Below are positions 21,816 through 31,994 of a stretch of DNA of 64,000 nucleotides, piece by piece; position 1 is the first letter of the stretch, and every line of letters starts with the position of its first letter. Source of the DNA: Bacillota bacterium. GTDB taxonomy: Bacteria > Bacillota > UBA994 > UBA5500. Under the pieces are notes generated by a model that was not told the origin of the DNA, made no database searches, and saw only the letters and a list, made by a program, of their open reading frames with translations. The translations under genes were made by a program, and so were the position numbers. The DNA is taken from assembly GCA_029781045.1 (NCBI GenBank), contig JAKOXL010000029.1:86627-150626 (forward strand), read 5' to 3'.

Positions 21816-22418
21816 TTAATAATCATGCGCATCCAGATCGCTAAAAAACCCGGCTGTCACCCGCCAAGTTTGTCGATTGATTACCGATAGATCAGGAGTA
21901 CGAATAGAGAGCCAGCCATTCCTTCCCAAACGCCGCCCAAAAAGATGACTGAAGAAGACCGTCAATATGCGGGCATGGGAAACGATGGCGAAACTGCGCT
22001 GTCCGTTCTCCTGTGACAGTCGCTGTATACAATGAACAATGCGACGCTGGGCGTCTTCGTAGGGCTCCAGCAGCTGGTGGTTGACCTTTCCTTCCAAATG
22101 TTCACCAATAATCTGCTCGTACTGTTCCTGTTCCAGTCCGGCACCTACCATCCACATGTCACTCAAATCGTCTTCCAAGTATACGGGCAGTTGCCACCGG
22201 TTAGCAATCAGTTCAGCCGTTTGTACCGCTCTCAGCTCAGGACTGGAGTAGATGGCCTCCACCTTGCTCCAAAAGCTAGCTTCCACGATAGGGGATGCAA
22301 GCATTATCCCTTCCCGGGAGAGGGGTAATAGGGACTCAGGGAGGGCTCTTGCCTCTACCGCTTTGGAATGATGTATCACATACAGGTTGTTCTCCATTTG
22401 TTCCTCCGCCAATTCCAA
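21816..22418 (-). CDS. Histidine phosphatase (phosphoglycerate mutase-like) family protein
   Basis: LYVIHHSKA near the N-terminus and IVSHARIL near the C-terminus resemble the RHG / SHG motifs. Confidence 0.55.
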   Translation of the reverse strand: MELAEEQMENNLYVIHHSKAVEARALPESLLPLSREGIMLASPIVEASFWSKVEAIYSSPELRAVQTAELIANRWQLPVYLEDDLSDMWMVGAGLEQEQYEQIIGEHLEGKVNHQLLEPYEDAQRRIVHCIQRLSQENGQRSFAIVSHARILTVFFSHLFGRRLGRNGWLSIRTPDLSVINRQTWRVTAGFFSDLDAHDY

Positions 22419-22531
22419 GTATTACTGGATTTATGGATGACTATGCTGGGCAATCACTAGTAGTCCCTATGCCCCTCCAAAGAAGATATGAGACTTCCAC
22501 TTATCCTCCATAATGGAGTCTATCTTATACT

Positions 22532-23242
22532 CTAGCTTACCTGCTTAATGGCCAGGCGCAACATGTTGTGCCATGCAGGCTTCACATCATAACTTACGGC
22601 CGCCAGTTGCACCATTTCCTCTTCGCTCCTGTCGGCTTGGCGCCACGCTTGCACATCGGCCACATAGCGCTCCAGCATTTTTCGCTGTTCTACCAGTATC
22701 TCTTTGCCACCTACAGGCCCATGACCAGGCACAACTATTTCCACGTCCCAGGTGCTCAGCTCAGTCAAGGTAGCTATCCACCTCGAAAAATCAGCCTGCC
22801 CCATCCATGGAACACGACCGTTAAAGACAAGGTCGCCAGCCAGAAGTAGTCTCCTCTCAGGCAAATACATAATGGCTGATCCCGGGCTGTGTCCACCCAC
22901 ATGTTGCATATGTACTTCCTCTCCAAGAATATGCATGTGTAACCGCTGCGTAAAATGGCAATTGGGCAAGCCTTTGGTCATTCCTGATTGTAGCATGGCA
23001 GTTCTAGCTGCCGTAGAACTAATAATTCGACAACCGAATAAGCCGTTACCACCCGTATGGTCCGAGTGCTCGTGCGTGTTGAAAACGAACAGCACCTCAC
23101 GCCCTGCAATCTGTTGTAGAACCTCACGGCCGCCATCTTCACCGGCTTGAGTATCGATAACAATAACGCCCTGCTCCCCCACACTGATCAAAGTGGAGTT
23201 GACAGTGCCCATAGTGCTACTGTAGACCTGAAAATGAGACAA
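22532..23242 (-). CDS. MBL-fold metallo-hydrolase
   Basis: HEHSDHTGG motif with downstream His/Asp ligands. Confidence 0.85.
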   Translation of the reverse strand: MSHFQVYSSTMGTVNSTLISVGEQGVIVIDTQAGEDGGREVLQQIAGREVLFVFNTHEHSDHTGGNGLFGCRIISSTAARTAMLQSGMTKGLPNCHFTQRLHMHILGEEVHMQHVGGHSPGSAIMYLPERRLLLAGDLVFNGRVPWMGQADFSRWIATLTELSTWDVEIVVPGHGPVGGKEILVEQRKMLERYVADVQAWRQADRSEEEMVQLAAVSYDVKPAWHNMLRLAIKQVS

Positions 23243-23338
23243 TTATATCGCCTCCTTTGGAAATACTAATCTAATATTCAGCATGGACTCCCTTCTCTCC
23301 TGCCGTGAAATAAAAAAGCCGCCACAGGCGGCCATGGA

Positions 23339-23611
23339 CTATTTGCTTCCCTGAGATTCAAATTGTCTCCTAGTCTGTTCGATTTTCTGGGGCGGTGCCT
23401 GTTCAGTCTGGTACCAACCCTTTTTTACGGCAGCATTGAACATGGCCGATTGTAGTTCGTGTTCTTCCATCAAAATGTGGAGCATGTCACTGCGTAGGCC
23501 ATTGTTCCCGGCGGTTTCATTACTAGCTATGTTGTAAGTATTAGTCAGCTCCTTTTGACAGGCTAAGGCATCTTTCAGGATTATTTCATCGGGTAAGCGC
23601 CCACCTTCCAC
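23339..23611 (-). CDS. Coat F domain spore coat protein
   Basis: Coat_F-like pattern (ILKDALACQKELTNTYNIASNE...GWY). Confidence 0.65.
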   Translation of the reverse strand: MEGGRLPDEIILKDALACQKELTNTYNIASNETAGNNGLRSDMLHILMEEHELQSAMFNAAVKKGWYQTEQAPPQKIEQTRRQFESQGSK

Positions 23612-23838
23612 TAGACTCCCTCCTTGCCAATTTCTCGCGCCTTTAGGTGCTTTAGCAGGGTGTCATAATGCTCCTGGTGTTTTCGCACACTAGCTTCACA
23701 CAGGCGCTGTACATCGGGGTCAGAAGCTTGCTCTGCGTAAGCACGTAGTTTGGCAATAGCCAACTGTTCATGGGCCAGTTGATCTTCAATCATGGCCAGC
23801 TCTTTCGTGGTCAACTGTGGACTACCGAGCTCTGGCAT
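23611..23838 (-). CDS. Small helical protein co-transcribed with the CotF-like gene
   Basis: 75 aa whose stop overlaps the downstream start. Helical and ferritin-like in composition. Confidence 0.45.
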   Translation of the reverse strand: MPELGSPQLTTKELAMIEDQLAHEQLAIAKLRAYAEQASDPDVQRLCEASVRKHQEHYDTLLKHLKAREIGKEGV

Positions 23839-23912
23839 AGTTCTCCCTCCTTGGGTAAACTCTTGCAGGCTTAGTGTATCCAGGAGTTATGAGCTTTACC
23901 CAGAAGCTGTTC

Positions 23913-24686
23913 TCAGCTATTAAACTGATATAACAAACGGAGTCCATGTAGAGTTAAACAGGGTTCAATCAAGTCCAGTTGATCGCTAAGATGGGCAAAG
24001 CGGCATGCATCAACTCCCGTGGCGATAACCTTAGCCGGACCTATCTCCTTCTTGATACGCTGCAAGATGCCTTGGAAAAGGTCCACATGCCCGTAAATCA
24101 AACCGGCCTGTAAGGCCTGGGCTGTAGTGCGCCCAATTACCTGTTGAGGAACAGTCAAATCCACCCGAGGGATGCGGGAAGTCCTACTTACTAAGGCTTC
24201 GGCAGCAATTCGCATCCCTGGCGTTAGTACCCCACCCAAATACTCTCCTTTCGCAGAAACAACATCAAAGACTGTTGCTGTGCCAAAATCAACCACAATT
24301 GCGGCCCCTTCACTAAAAAGGAAATGGGCCGCCACCGAATTGGCAATACGATCTCCACTTAGGTCAGTAGGCGGTTCAAAGCGGATGCGCAGCCGGGTCT
24401 TAATTCCAGGGCCCACAACTAGTGGTTGTGGCAGAGCACAAATCCTAATAGCGTCAGTCATGATGGTCTGCACGTTAGGGGAGGCGCTGGCTAGTATAAC
24501 TGCCTGCAGGTCTTGCCGTAACAGTCCATGGTGCTGCAGTGCCTGTTCCAGCAGTAACGCATACTCATCAGCGGTACGATGTGCATCACTGCTGAACCGC
24601 CAAGTGGCTTGCAGCTGATCTTCCACGAAGATACCGAAGGCTGTCTGTGTATTGCCAATGTCAATTGCCAACAACATGCTTTTCAC
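23913..24686 (-). CDS. coaX: Type III pantothenate kinase
   Basis: LLAIDIGNTQT and VVDFGTATVFD motifs. Confidence 0.9.
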   Translation of the reverse strand: MKSMLLAIDIGNTQTAFGIFVEDQLQATWRFSSDAHRTADEYALLLEQALQHHGLLRQDLQAVILASASPNVQTIMTDAIRICALPQPLVVGPGIKTRLRIRFEPPTDLSGDRIANSVAAHFLFSEGAAIVVDFGTATVFDVVSAKGEYLGGVLTPGMRIAAEALVSRTSRIPRVDLTVPQQVIGRTTAQALQAGLIYGHVDLFQGILQRIKKEIGPAKVIATGVDACRFAHLSDQLDLIEPCLTLHGLRLLYQFNS

Positions 24687-24791
24687 TCCTTGCGTTTGGT
24701 GCTAAAGACAACAGCTCTTTCCTGGTGTTGCTAGATGCCGACAACACCTTGACTATGCTGCTGTGCTATACTATAATTAGTGATGTGACGC

Positions 24792-24867
24792 AGGGGTGTA
24801 GCTCAATTGGTAGAGTAGCGGTCTCCAAAACCGTCGGTTGCGGGTTCAAGTCCTGCCACCCCTGCCA
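24792..24867 (+). tRNA. tRNA-Trp (CCA)
   Basis: Cloverleaf by eye with acceptor AGGGGTG/CACCCCT, anticodon loop CTCCAAA, T-loop GGTTCAAGTCC and an encoded CCA. Confidence 0.95.
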
Positions 24868-24881
24868 AGAATGTCTATGAG

Positions 24882-24908
24882 CGGGAGTCTATATGACTCT
24901 CGTTTTTT
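24882..24908 (+). terminator. Terminator after tRNA-Trp
   Basis: 8-bp hairpin cgggagtc/gactctcg followed by TTTTTT. Confidence 0.7.
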
Positions 24909-24966
24909 GTTATGCATGCGACCAATGGGCAATCTTATTATTAGGAAAAGGAAGTGATATGAAACA

Positions 24967-26301
24967 ATGCCTGATCTATCGCATTGGAAACAATATCTAT
25001 CGTCAAGCCCTAAGGATGTCCATCGGTTGCTGCAACACCTACCGCCTGCCGATGTGGCGGAAATCCTGGCGTCCCTCAGTAACGACCAACTGCGAGCAGT
25101 ATTAGAGGAGATGGGTGGGCAAGACGTTGCTCTCATGTTGGAGGAATGGGATGCTCCCACTTCTTGGAGGATCATTCCGTTACTGACCCAGGAAAAGCTG
25201 ACAGCCGCTATCCAGGCTATGCCCAGCGATGATCGCGCCGACCTCATCGGTACCATGCCGGAGGCAACGCGGGAGTCGGTCCTGAGTGCCTTAGCGGCTG
25301 ACGCAGCCGAGGTCAGGGAGTTATTGGCCTATGCTGCTGAAACTTCAGGTGGCATCATGGCTACCGAGTTCTTGACCGTGCGCCCAGAATGGACTAGCGA
25401 AGAGGCGTTGGCCATTGTACGGCGGGACGCCCAAGAAGCTGAGACTGCTTACTATGTATATGTCACCGACGCAGAACAAAGATTGCTCGGTGTTCTTTCT
25501 TTGCGGGAGCTGGTATTGGCCGCGCCCGGTGTTAAAGTTGCGGCTATCATGAAACCTCATCCGATTACGGTACACGAAGACGATCATCAAGAGCTGGTTG
25601 CCGACCTTTTCCGTCGCTACCACCTCTTTGCTCTGCCCGTTGTTGATGATAAAGGGAGGATCAAGGGCATAGTCACCGCCGACGATGTGCTTGATGTGCT
25701 TGATGAAGAGGCCACAGAAGATATGCAGAAGATGAGTTGGATGACCCCTAGTGAGGCCCCGTATTTAGAGACTTCGGCCTTCACTTTGGCTAAGCAAAGA
25801 ATACCCTGGCTGCTCATACTGATGCTGTCAGCTACTTTCACCGGTCAAATAATTAAGCGCTATGAAGATCTACTAGCTCACTTTGTGGTCTTGACCATCT
25901 TCATTCCCATGTTGATGGATACGGCCGGTAACGCTGGTTCCCAGTCCTCTACCCTCATCATTCGAGGTCTAGCATTAGGCGAAATCGGAATCAGCGATTG
26001 GTTTAGGGTACTGCGGCGAGAACTCATGGTAAGTGCCATCGTCGGCTTCACTCTAGCTATAACCAACTTCCTGCGTGTAATCTTACTGGAGAGAGCCCCT
26101 GTTTCTGTGGCATTCGTTGTCAGCCTTACCCTTGTAGCCACGGTTATTCTGGCGAAAATGGTGGGCGGTACTCTTCCTGTTCTGGCAAAAAGGCTAAGAC
26201 TGGACCCAGCCATTATGGCGGGCCCCCTCATCACCACCATCGTTGATGCTTTAGCTCTCTTTGTTTACTTCCTGCTCTCAACTCGCCTACTAGGAATATA
26301 A
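24967..26301 (+). CDS. mgtE: Magnesium transporter MgtE
   Basis: N-domain, two CBS domains and a C-terminal TM domain (FIPMLMDTAGNAGSQS). Confidence 0.9.
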   Translation: MPDLSHWKQYLSSSPKDVHRLLQHLPPADVAEILASLSNDQLRAVLEEMGGQDVALMLEEWDAPTSWRIIPLLTQEKLTAAIQAMPSDDRADLIGTMPEATRESVLSALAADAAEVRELLAYAAETSGGIMATEFLTVRPEWTSEEALAIVRRDAQEAETAYYVYVTDAEQRLLGVLSLRELVLAAPGVKVAAIMKPHPITVHEDDHQELVADLFRRYHLFALPVVDDKGRIKGIVTADDVLDVLDEEATEDMQKMSWMTPSEAPYLETSAFTLAKQRIPWLLILMLSATFTGQIIKRYEDLLAHFVVLTIFIPMLMDTAGNAGSQSSTLIIRGLALGEIGISDWFRVLRRELMVSAIVGFTLAITNFLRVILLERAPVSVAFVVSLTLVATVILAKMVGGTLPVLAKRLRLDPAIMAGPLITTIVDALALFVYFLLSTRLLGI

Positions 26302-26332
26302 GGGGCTGCCGCACAAGTCTTGCGACAGCCCT
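26302..26332. terminator. Hairpin between convergent mgtE and plsY
   Basis: ggggctgccgca...tgcgacagccc imperfect 12-bp stem. Confidence 0.55.
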
Positions 26333-26346
26333 TCTTGCCCAGAAGC

Positions 26347-26946
26347 CTACTTCCTTCTGCCGAGACGGTTCTCAGTACCGCTTATAAGGCGGGATATATT
26401 CTGGCGGTGCCGCCAGAGGCCCAACAGTGCTACAACCACGGCAAAGCACAGCTCAGGCAAAGAAGCCTGGTTGCGATACAAGACCACTGGCAGAGTGACT
26501 ACCAGTAGTATGGAGCCTAGAGAAACATAACGGGTAAAGACCACTACCAACACGGCCAACGGCAAAACCAGCACTATCTGCTGTGGGAACAGTACACTGC
26601 ATGCGCCTATGGTGGTAGCGATCCCTTTACCGCCTCTGAGACCTAAGTAGAGGGAGTAATTGTGTCCTATTATGGCAGCCAACGCTACCGCCAGAGTGGG
26701 CCATGTATTACCTCCAAAGAGACGAGTGGCTGCTAGGGTAGGTAAGAGGGCCTTACAAACATCGGTAACAGCCACCAATACTGCTGGCCCCGCACCGAGA
26801 ACCCGCAAAGCGTTGGTACCTCCCACATTGCCACTCCCATGCTTAGTGATATCCAAACCTGCTTTCCACCGACCCACTACATAGGCGGTAGGAATACTCC
26901 CCAGAAGATAAGCTGCAATAATCATCAGCAAGATTTGTGTTGTCAC
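26347..26946 (-). CDS. plsY: Acyl-phosphate:glycerol-3-phosphate acyltransferase PlsY
   Basis: YLLGSIPTAYVVGR and HGSGNVGGTN motifs. A GTG start at 26946 follows GGAGGAG. Confidence 0.9.
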   Translation of the reverse strand: MTTQILLMIIAAYLLGSIPTAYVVGRWKAGLDITKHGSGNVGGTNALRVLGAGPAVLVAVTDVCKALLPTLAATRLFGGNTWPTLAVALAAIIGHNYSLYLGLRGGKGIATTIGACSVLFPQQIVLVLPLAVLVVVFTRYVSLGSILLVVTLPVVLYRNQASLPELCFAVVVALLGLWRHRQNISRLISGTENRLGRRK

Positions 26947-26977
26947 GGCGCTCCTCCAGTGTTCGTAACAATACCAG

Positions 26978-27340
26978 CTAGAAAATACGGCGATCTGGAT
27001 CTTCCTGTGATGGGAAAATAGCAATCTTCAAGACCACAATGATAACTATAAGGCAAAGGGCAAAGAATGGGTAGATGGACAGTCGAAAAACCGCATCCAC
27101 CAAGCTATAGGTGAGGGAATCAGGTTGCAAATACGGTCGCAAGGAGACCAGACCAATAAGAACCACAAGCCACATCAGCAGGTAGGCCACTATCCGTTTA
27201 GGGAAAAAGGCCGTGGTAGTAATATGGGCCCAGAAACCGAGTCGCTTCTTGCGGTAGACAAAGGTACGATCCGCCAAGTAGAAGATGTAAAGCAAACCGA
27301 CTCCTAACAGGAATCCAAGCACGTAATCAGTCACGGGCAA
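26978..27340 (-). CDS. Hypothetical membrane protein (4 TM)
   Basis: 120 aa and hydrophobic. No family recognised. Confidence 0.5.
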   Translation of the reverse strand: MPVTDYVLGFLLGVGLLYIFYLADRTFVYRKKRLGFWAHITTTAFFPKRIVAYLLMWLVVLIGLVSLRPYLQPDSLTYSLVDAVFRLSIYPFFALCLIVIIVVLKIAIFPSQEDPDRRIF

Positions 27341-27361
27341 CTCTTGCTCCCCCCAATCTCA

Positions 27362-28573
27362 CTAATTCCCTATCATATTCTCCCTCACGTATTTTACCGC
27401 CTGCCGCAGTTGCTCGTCTACCTGAACATCTTCCCACTGCTCAATGACGTAGTCTGGGGTTAGACCCTTCTTGTGGATATCTCGTCCATTGGGGGTCAGA
27501 TAGCGATATTGAGTAATCCACAGCCGCGACCCATCGGTCAATGGGTATGGAACCTGCACCGTTCCCTTGCCAAAAGATACTTCACCTAATAGGACAGCTC
27601 GGCCATGATCCTGCAAAGCACCAGCAACCACTTCCGACGCCGATGCACTGGCACCATTTAACAGTATGGCTAGAGGACCATCCCATATAGTGTCAGCACG
27701 AGTTACTAGAACCTCTTCATTACCATAGCGATCCACCTGTCTAACGATCACTTGACCAGGTGGTAAGAAGAAGTCCACTATCTCTTGGGCACTGTACAGA
27801 AGACCCCCTCCATTGGAGCGCAAGTCGAAGAGAATAGCCTTTACCTCTTTTTTCTTAAGCTCCAGAATAGCCTCTTTCAACTGACCGGGAGCCGTTTCCG
27901 TAAAACGGTTCATAGCAACGATACCGATTTCCCCGTCGGTCCAGTAATCCACTACTGGCAGAGTAATGACCCCGCGGCGAATGGTGATATTAAGGGGGGT
28001 CGGTTCCCCTTCACGCAAGACGGTCAATGTAACCTCTGTACCCGCCTCGCCGCGAATGCGGGAGTTGATCTCCGTTTGGGTCAGTCCCACAATTGTCTGC
28101 CCGTCCACCGCAATGATCTTGTCCCGAACTTTCACCCCACTGGCTTCGGCAGGCGATCCCCGAAAAACGATCTCCACTTCCATCTCTCCACCAACTGGGG
28201 GTTTTGACTGAATACCCACACCCGAGTATTTGCCTTCCAATGTGGACTGGTTGAACTCCTTGGCCTCCTCCGCCGATTCATAGCGGGTGTAGCCACCATC
28301 CACATGAGGCAACATACCCCTAATAGCATCCTCCACTGCCCTTTCTGGATCGAGAGCGTTGGGGTCCACATGGTAGAGCTTTACCCATTCATATATGGCC
28401 TCTAGCTTGGCAAAGGAATTGTCGACCCAGTTAATGCCAAAACGATGGGCTATTTGACGTAGATTTGTACCCAAGAGCACACCAACAAAAAACACTATAG
28501 AGACTAACGCCAATACGCCCAATCTAGAAAGCCATCTGCGATTATGTCGTTGCTTCACTTCCAAATAAGCCAA
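27362..28573 (-). CDS. S41 carboxy-terminal processing peptidase (Ctp)
   Basis: Signal anchor, PDZ domain and S41 core (LLNGASASASEV, GKGTVQ). Confidence 0.9.
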   Translation of the reverse strand: MAYLEVKQRHNRRWLSRLGVLALVSIVFFVGVLLGTNLRQIAHRFGINWVDNSFAKLEAIYEWVKLYHVDPNALDPERAVEDAIRGMLPHVDGGYTRYESAEEAKEFNQSTLEGKYSGVGIQSKPPVGGEMEVEIVFRGSPAEASGVKVRDKIIAVDGQTIVGLTQTEINSRIRGEAGTEVTLTVLREGEPTPLNITIRRGVITLPVVDYWTDGEIGIVAMNRFTETAPGQLKEAILELKKKEVKAILFDLRSNGGGLLYSAQEIVDFFLPPGQVIVRQVDRYGNEEVLVTRADTIWDGPLAILLNGASASASEVVAGALQDHGRAVLLGEVSFGKGTVQVPYPLTDGSRLWITQYRYLTPNGRDIHKKGLTPDYVIEQWEDVQVDEQLRQAVKYVRENMIGN

Positions 28574-28769
28574 CTCCCCTCGTCACAGTCTGCCTAGGGC
28601 TAGAATAGCTCCTGCCTCTCTTAAGAGGTATGAGCCCCTTAAGCTGTTAATTCCATTACTTCTCTTTCTTCACTGGGCACGATTTATCCTGCCGTTAATA
28701 ATGTACCCTGAAATGTAAGGAAGGCCAGCACCGCTGGCCTTCATGCTCTCGTCTGTCTTCTCGCCTCTA

Positions 28770-29759
28770 TTAGCCCTGGTACTCAGTCTCCATGAGTTTA
28801 ACTAGGAAGCGAACTCCATTCAACACATCATCATAATCCACCATCTCAGAGGCCGTATGGATATAGCGGCATGGGATAGACATGACTCCCGCAGGAATAC
28901 CACTCTTTGTTAACTGAATCGCACCCGCGTCCGTTCCGCCGGCTTCCAGTACCTCCAATTGGTAAGGAATATCGTTGGCCTTTGCCACTTCTTCCATATG
29001 GCGGCGTACTGCAGGCGTGCATAGGACACTGGAATCCCGCACCTTAACGGTCGGGCCCTTGCCCAGGCAAACAGCCATGGTTGCGCATTTGGGCGTATCC
29101 CCCGTACGGGTCACGTCTACAGCAATACCGATATCTGGAGTAATTCCATAGGCCGCCACGCGAGCTCCCCGTAAGCCAACTTCCTCTTGTGTAGTGAAAA
29201 CAGCGTAAATATCATAGGCTGGATTTTGCACCTGTTTTAAGGCTTCAATCTGAATGGCACAGGCGATACGGTCGTCCATAGCCTTTGATACTAGACGCTT
29301 ACCTAAGTCACAGAATTCCCGCTTAATGGCAGCGACGTCGCCAACTTTGACCTTCTCCAAAGCTGCTTCTCTACTGTCCACACCAATATCAATGAACATC
29401 TTATTCATGGTCAGGTCCTTCATGGCATCCAGACGTTCCATGCCAAAAACGCCGACTGTACCGTTGGCAAAATAGCAACGGTTACCGATGAGGCTAAAAG
29501 GTGAAATACCACCTACACCGTAAAATCGCAGAAAACCATTTTCGTCGATGCTAGTTACCATTACACCAATCTCATCCATGTGGCTGGCTAACATCAACTT
29601 CTTGCCGCCGCCCCGTTTCAGCGCGATCAGATTGCCTAAGGCATCAACATGCAGCTCATCCACATAGGGCCGGACTTCTTCCATTATCACTTCGCGTATT
29701 GATTCCTCGCTACCAGCAGGGCCGTAGGTCTCAACCAGGCGCTTAATCAGTTCTTTCAT
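28770..29759 (-). CDS. M42 family aminopeptidase (paralog 3 of 3)
   Basis: SHMDEIGVMV, TTQEEVGLRGA and CRYIHT motifs. Confidence 0.9.
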   Translation of the reverse strand: MKELIKRLVETYGPAGSEESIREVIMEEVRPYVDELHVDALGNLIALKRGGGKKLMLASHMDEIGVMVTSIDENGFLRFYGVGGISPFSLIGNRCYFANGTVGVFGMERLDAMKDLTMNKMFIDIGVDSREAALEKVKVGDVAAIKREFCDLGKRLVSKAMDDRIACAIQIEALKQVQNPAYDIYAVFTTQEEVGLRGARVAAYGITPDIGIAVDVTRTGDTPKCATMAVCLGKGPTVKVRDSSVLCTPAVRRHMEEVAKANDIPYQLEVLEAGGTDAGAIQLTKSGIPAGVMSIPCRYIHTASEMVDYDDVLNGVRFLVKLMETEYQG

Positions 29760-30775
29760 ACCCGAAAACCTCCTTCGATACTCCTTAGGAAAAGCTTAAT
29801 TAGGGCGATAGTATTCTCCATGTCCGCCAAACTCATGACCGACACTGGCGAGTGAATATACCGGCAAGGGATAGAAATCGCTACCACTGGTACTCCTGCC
29901 CGGCTTACATTAATGCGACCCGCATCATTGCCTCCGGTTACGGTGCCCTTGAACTGATAAGGGATATTGTTTTCCTCCGCCAAACGTACCAGCTCTCGGA
30001 TCATGGCTCGATTACCGATGGAGGCCGTATCCATGAAAGTAATTGCTGGGCCACCACCAAGAACCGTACTGTACTCATGCTCGTCCATACCTGAAACGTC
30101 ATTACAGGTGGTACCCTCAATTACGATTGCCATATCAGGCTCAATAGCGTAAGCAGCCACACCGGCACCGCGCAGCCCAATCTCTTCTTGTACTGTAAAT
30201 GCGCCATAAAGTGGGAAGTTGAACTCTTCTTTCAGCACCTCCGCCAGAACTACACAACCGGCCCTATCATCAAAGGCCTTACCCTTGGCTAATCCTTGGC
30301 CAAACTCATCGTACTTAGTAGCAAAGACAACATAGTCGCCAATCTTTACCTTTTCCAAGGCTTCGTCTTTGCTCTTGGCACCAATATCAATAAAGAGAGA
30401 ACGATGTGGAATCACTTGAGTGCGTTCCTCTGGTTTCTGGAGATGAATGGCCTTCGCGCCAATGACTCCCGGAACGCGCTCCTTACCCACGAATACGGGC
30501 TTTGACACTAACACTCGATCATCAATACCGCCAACCTTATGGAAATGGAGCAAGCCCGCATCATCCACATGGCTCACCATAAGGCCAACTTCATCCATAT
30601 GGGCCGCCAACATAACCCTCGGACCATTGGCAGCTTCTTTGCAGGCAATGAGATTGCCCAGAGCATCGCGCTGCCACACACTTACATACTGCTCAAGTTC
30701 TTCCTGCAAGATGGCTCGTACCTCGTGCTCGAAACCTGACGGTCCAAAGGCTTCGGTGAGTCTTCTTAATAGCAT
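29756..30775 (-). CDS. M42 family aminopeptidase (paralog 2 of 3)
   Basis: AHMDEVGLMV, TVQEEIGLRGA and CRYIHS motifs. It shares a 4-nt overlap with the downstream gene. Confidence 0.9.
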   Translation of the reverse strand: MLLRRLTEAFGPSGFEHEVRAILQEELEQYVSVWQRDALGNLIACKEAANGPRVMLAAHMDEVGLMVSHVDDAGLLHFHKVGGIDDRVLVSKPVFVGKERVPGVIGAKAIHLQKPEERTQVIPHRSLFIDIGAKSKDEALEKVKIGDYVVFATKYDEFGQGLAKGKAFDDRAGCVVLAEVLKEEFNFPLYGAFTVQEEIGLRGAGVAAYAIEPDMAIVIEGTTCNDVSGMDEHEYSTVLGGGPAITFMDTASIGNRAMIRELVRLAEENNIPYQFKGTVTGGNDAGRINVSRAGVPVVAISIPCRYIHSPVSVMSLADMENTIALIKLFLRSIEGGFRV

Positions 30776-31821
30776 AGCAATCCCTCCACAAAGGCAGCGT
30801 CAACACTAGCGATAAAGTAGGCTAGTAGACGCCCCGACAGTTTGATATCTGTCATGCTAACCGTTTCCACCGAGGTGTGCATATAACGGCATGGGATGGA
30901 CAGCAACGCCGTAGGAATACCTGCCCTAACAACCTGCATAGCCCAGAGATCGGTGCCGGTGCCGGCTGGAGTAGGATCCAAGGTATAGGGAATATTATAT
31001 TCCTTAGCCAGCTTAACCAATTGGTCGAAGACTTTGGAATGTATATTGGCACCAAAGGCGATACTGGGCCCTTTGCCCATAGGAGCGGTATCCTGTTCAG
31101 GAACGCCCGGCATGGCACCATGGCAGACGTCAATGGCAATTCCAATATCGGGATTAATGCCGTATGTACTAACAGTAGCGCCACGTAACCCTACTTCTTC
31201 TTGTGTAGTAGCTACCGCATATACGTCGGCCGTATGCCGAAGCTTTCTCAACTCCTGAAGGCACTCGTAAATAACAGCCACCGCTGCCCTGTCGTCCATG
31301 GCCTTGCAAGAAACTATGTCTTTGCCCAACTCCACGAAAGAACGCTTGACAGTAACCACATCACCAACACGGACCAGTTCCTTCACCCGCTCAACGGGCA
31401 GTCCAAGGTCGATCTGTAATTCGTTCATAGGAATAGCCTTGTTCCGGTCTTCTGGCGGTACTAAATGGGGTGGCTTATGACCAATAACACCAACGAGGTC
31501 TTCGCGCCCATGAACGACCACTTCCTGCGCCACCAGAGTACGCTGATCCACCCCACCTACCTGAGTGAACTTGAGGAAGCCTTTATCATCAATCTGGGTA
31601 ACCATAAGACCAATCTCGTCCATGTGTCCGGCTAACATAATGGCGGGCCGCTTACCTTCACCGCTACCCTTTTTGAAGCCAATTACATTCCCCAACACAT
31701 CTCGTCGTACATCGTCGCAAACTTCACCGTATACGCGGCTAATGAAGTCAGCCACTCGACACTCGGAACCGGACACGCCAGTTGCCTCGACCATTTGTTT
31801 CAAGAACTCTTTGGTCTGCAA
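30766..31821 (-). CDS. M42 family aminopeptidase (paralog 1 of 3)
   Basis: GHMDEIGLMV, TTQEEVGLRGA and CRYMHT motifs. A TTG start at 31821, 9 nt after AGGAGG, is likelier than the listed 31911 start. Confidence 0.85.
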   Translation of the reverse strand: MQTKEFLKQMVEATGVSGSECRVADFISRVYGEVCDDVRRDVLGNVIGFKKGSGEGKRPAIMLAGHMDEIGLMVTQIDDKGFLKFTQVGGVDQRTLVAQEVVVHGREDLVGVIGHKPPHLVPPEDRNKAIPMNELQIDLGLPVERVKELVRVGDVVTVKRSFVELGKDIVSCKAMDDRAAVAVIYECLQELRKLRHTADVYAVATTQEEVGLRGATVSTYGINPDIGIAIDVCHGAMPGVPEQDTAPMGKGPSIAFGANIHSKVFDQLVKLAKEYNIPYTLDPTPAGTGTDLWAMQVVRAGIPTALLSIPCRYMHTSVETVSMTDIKLSGRLLAYFIASVDAAFVEGLLCY

Positions 31822-31994
31822 GTGCAAAATCCTCCTTCCTTGTCTCCAATAACTCTTTGAAACTTCAGCTGTTTTCTTTAATTCGACACACTTAATTATT
31901 AACCTGCTCAAGAAGCAATAAAAAGTAGAATTCTGTTACAGTGGGGCATGCCCCTGTCACCTTCTGGTAACAATATTCTAGAGGAGGGGCAATT

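Noticed and set aside
24868-24966. Possible M-box (Mg2+) riboswitch upstream of mgtE
   Set aside because: Only about 100 nt are available, and about 30 of them form the tRNA-Trp terminator. No M-box core was recognisable, and an M-box needs about 160 nt.
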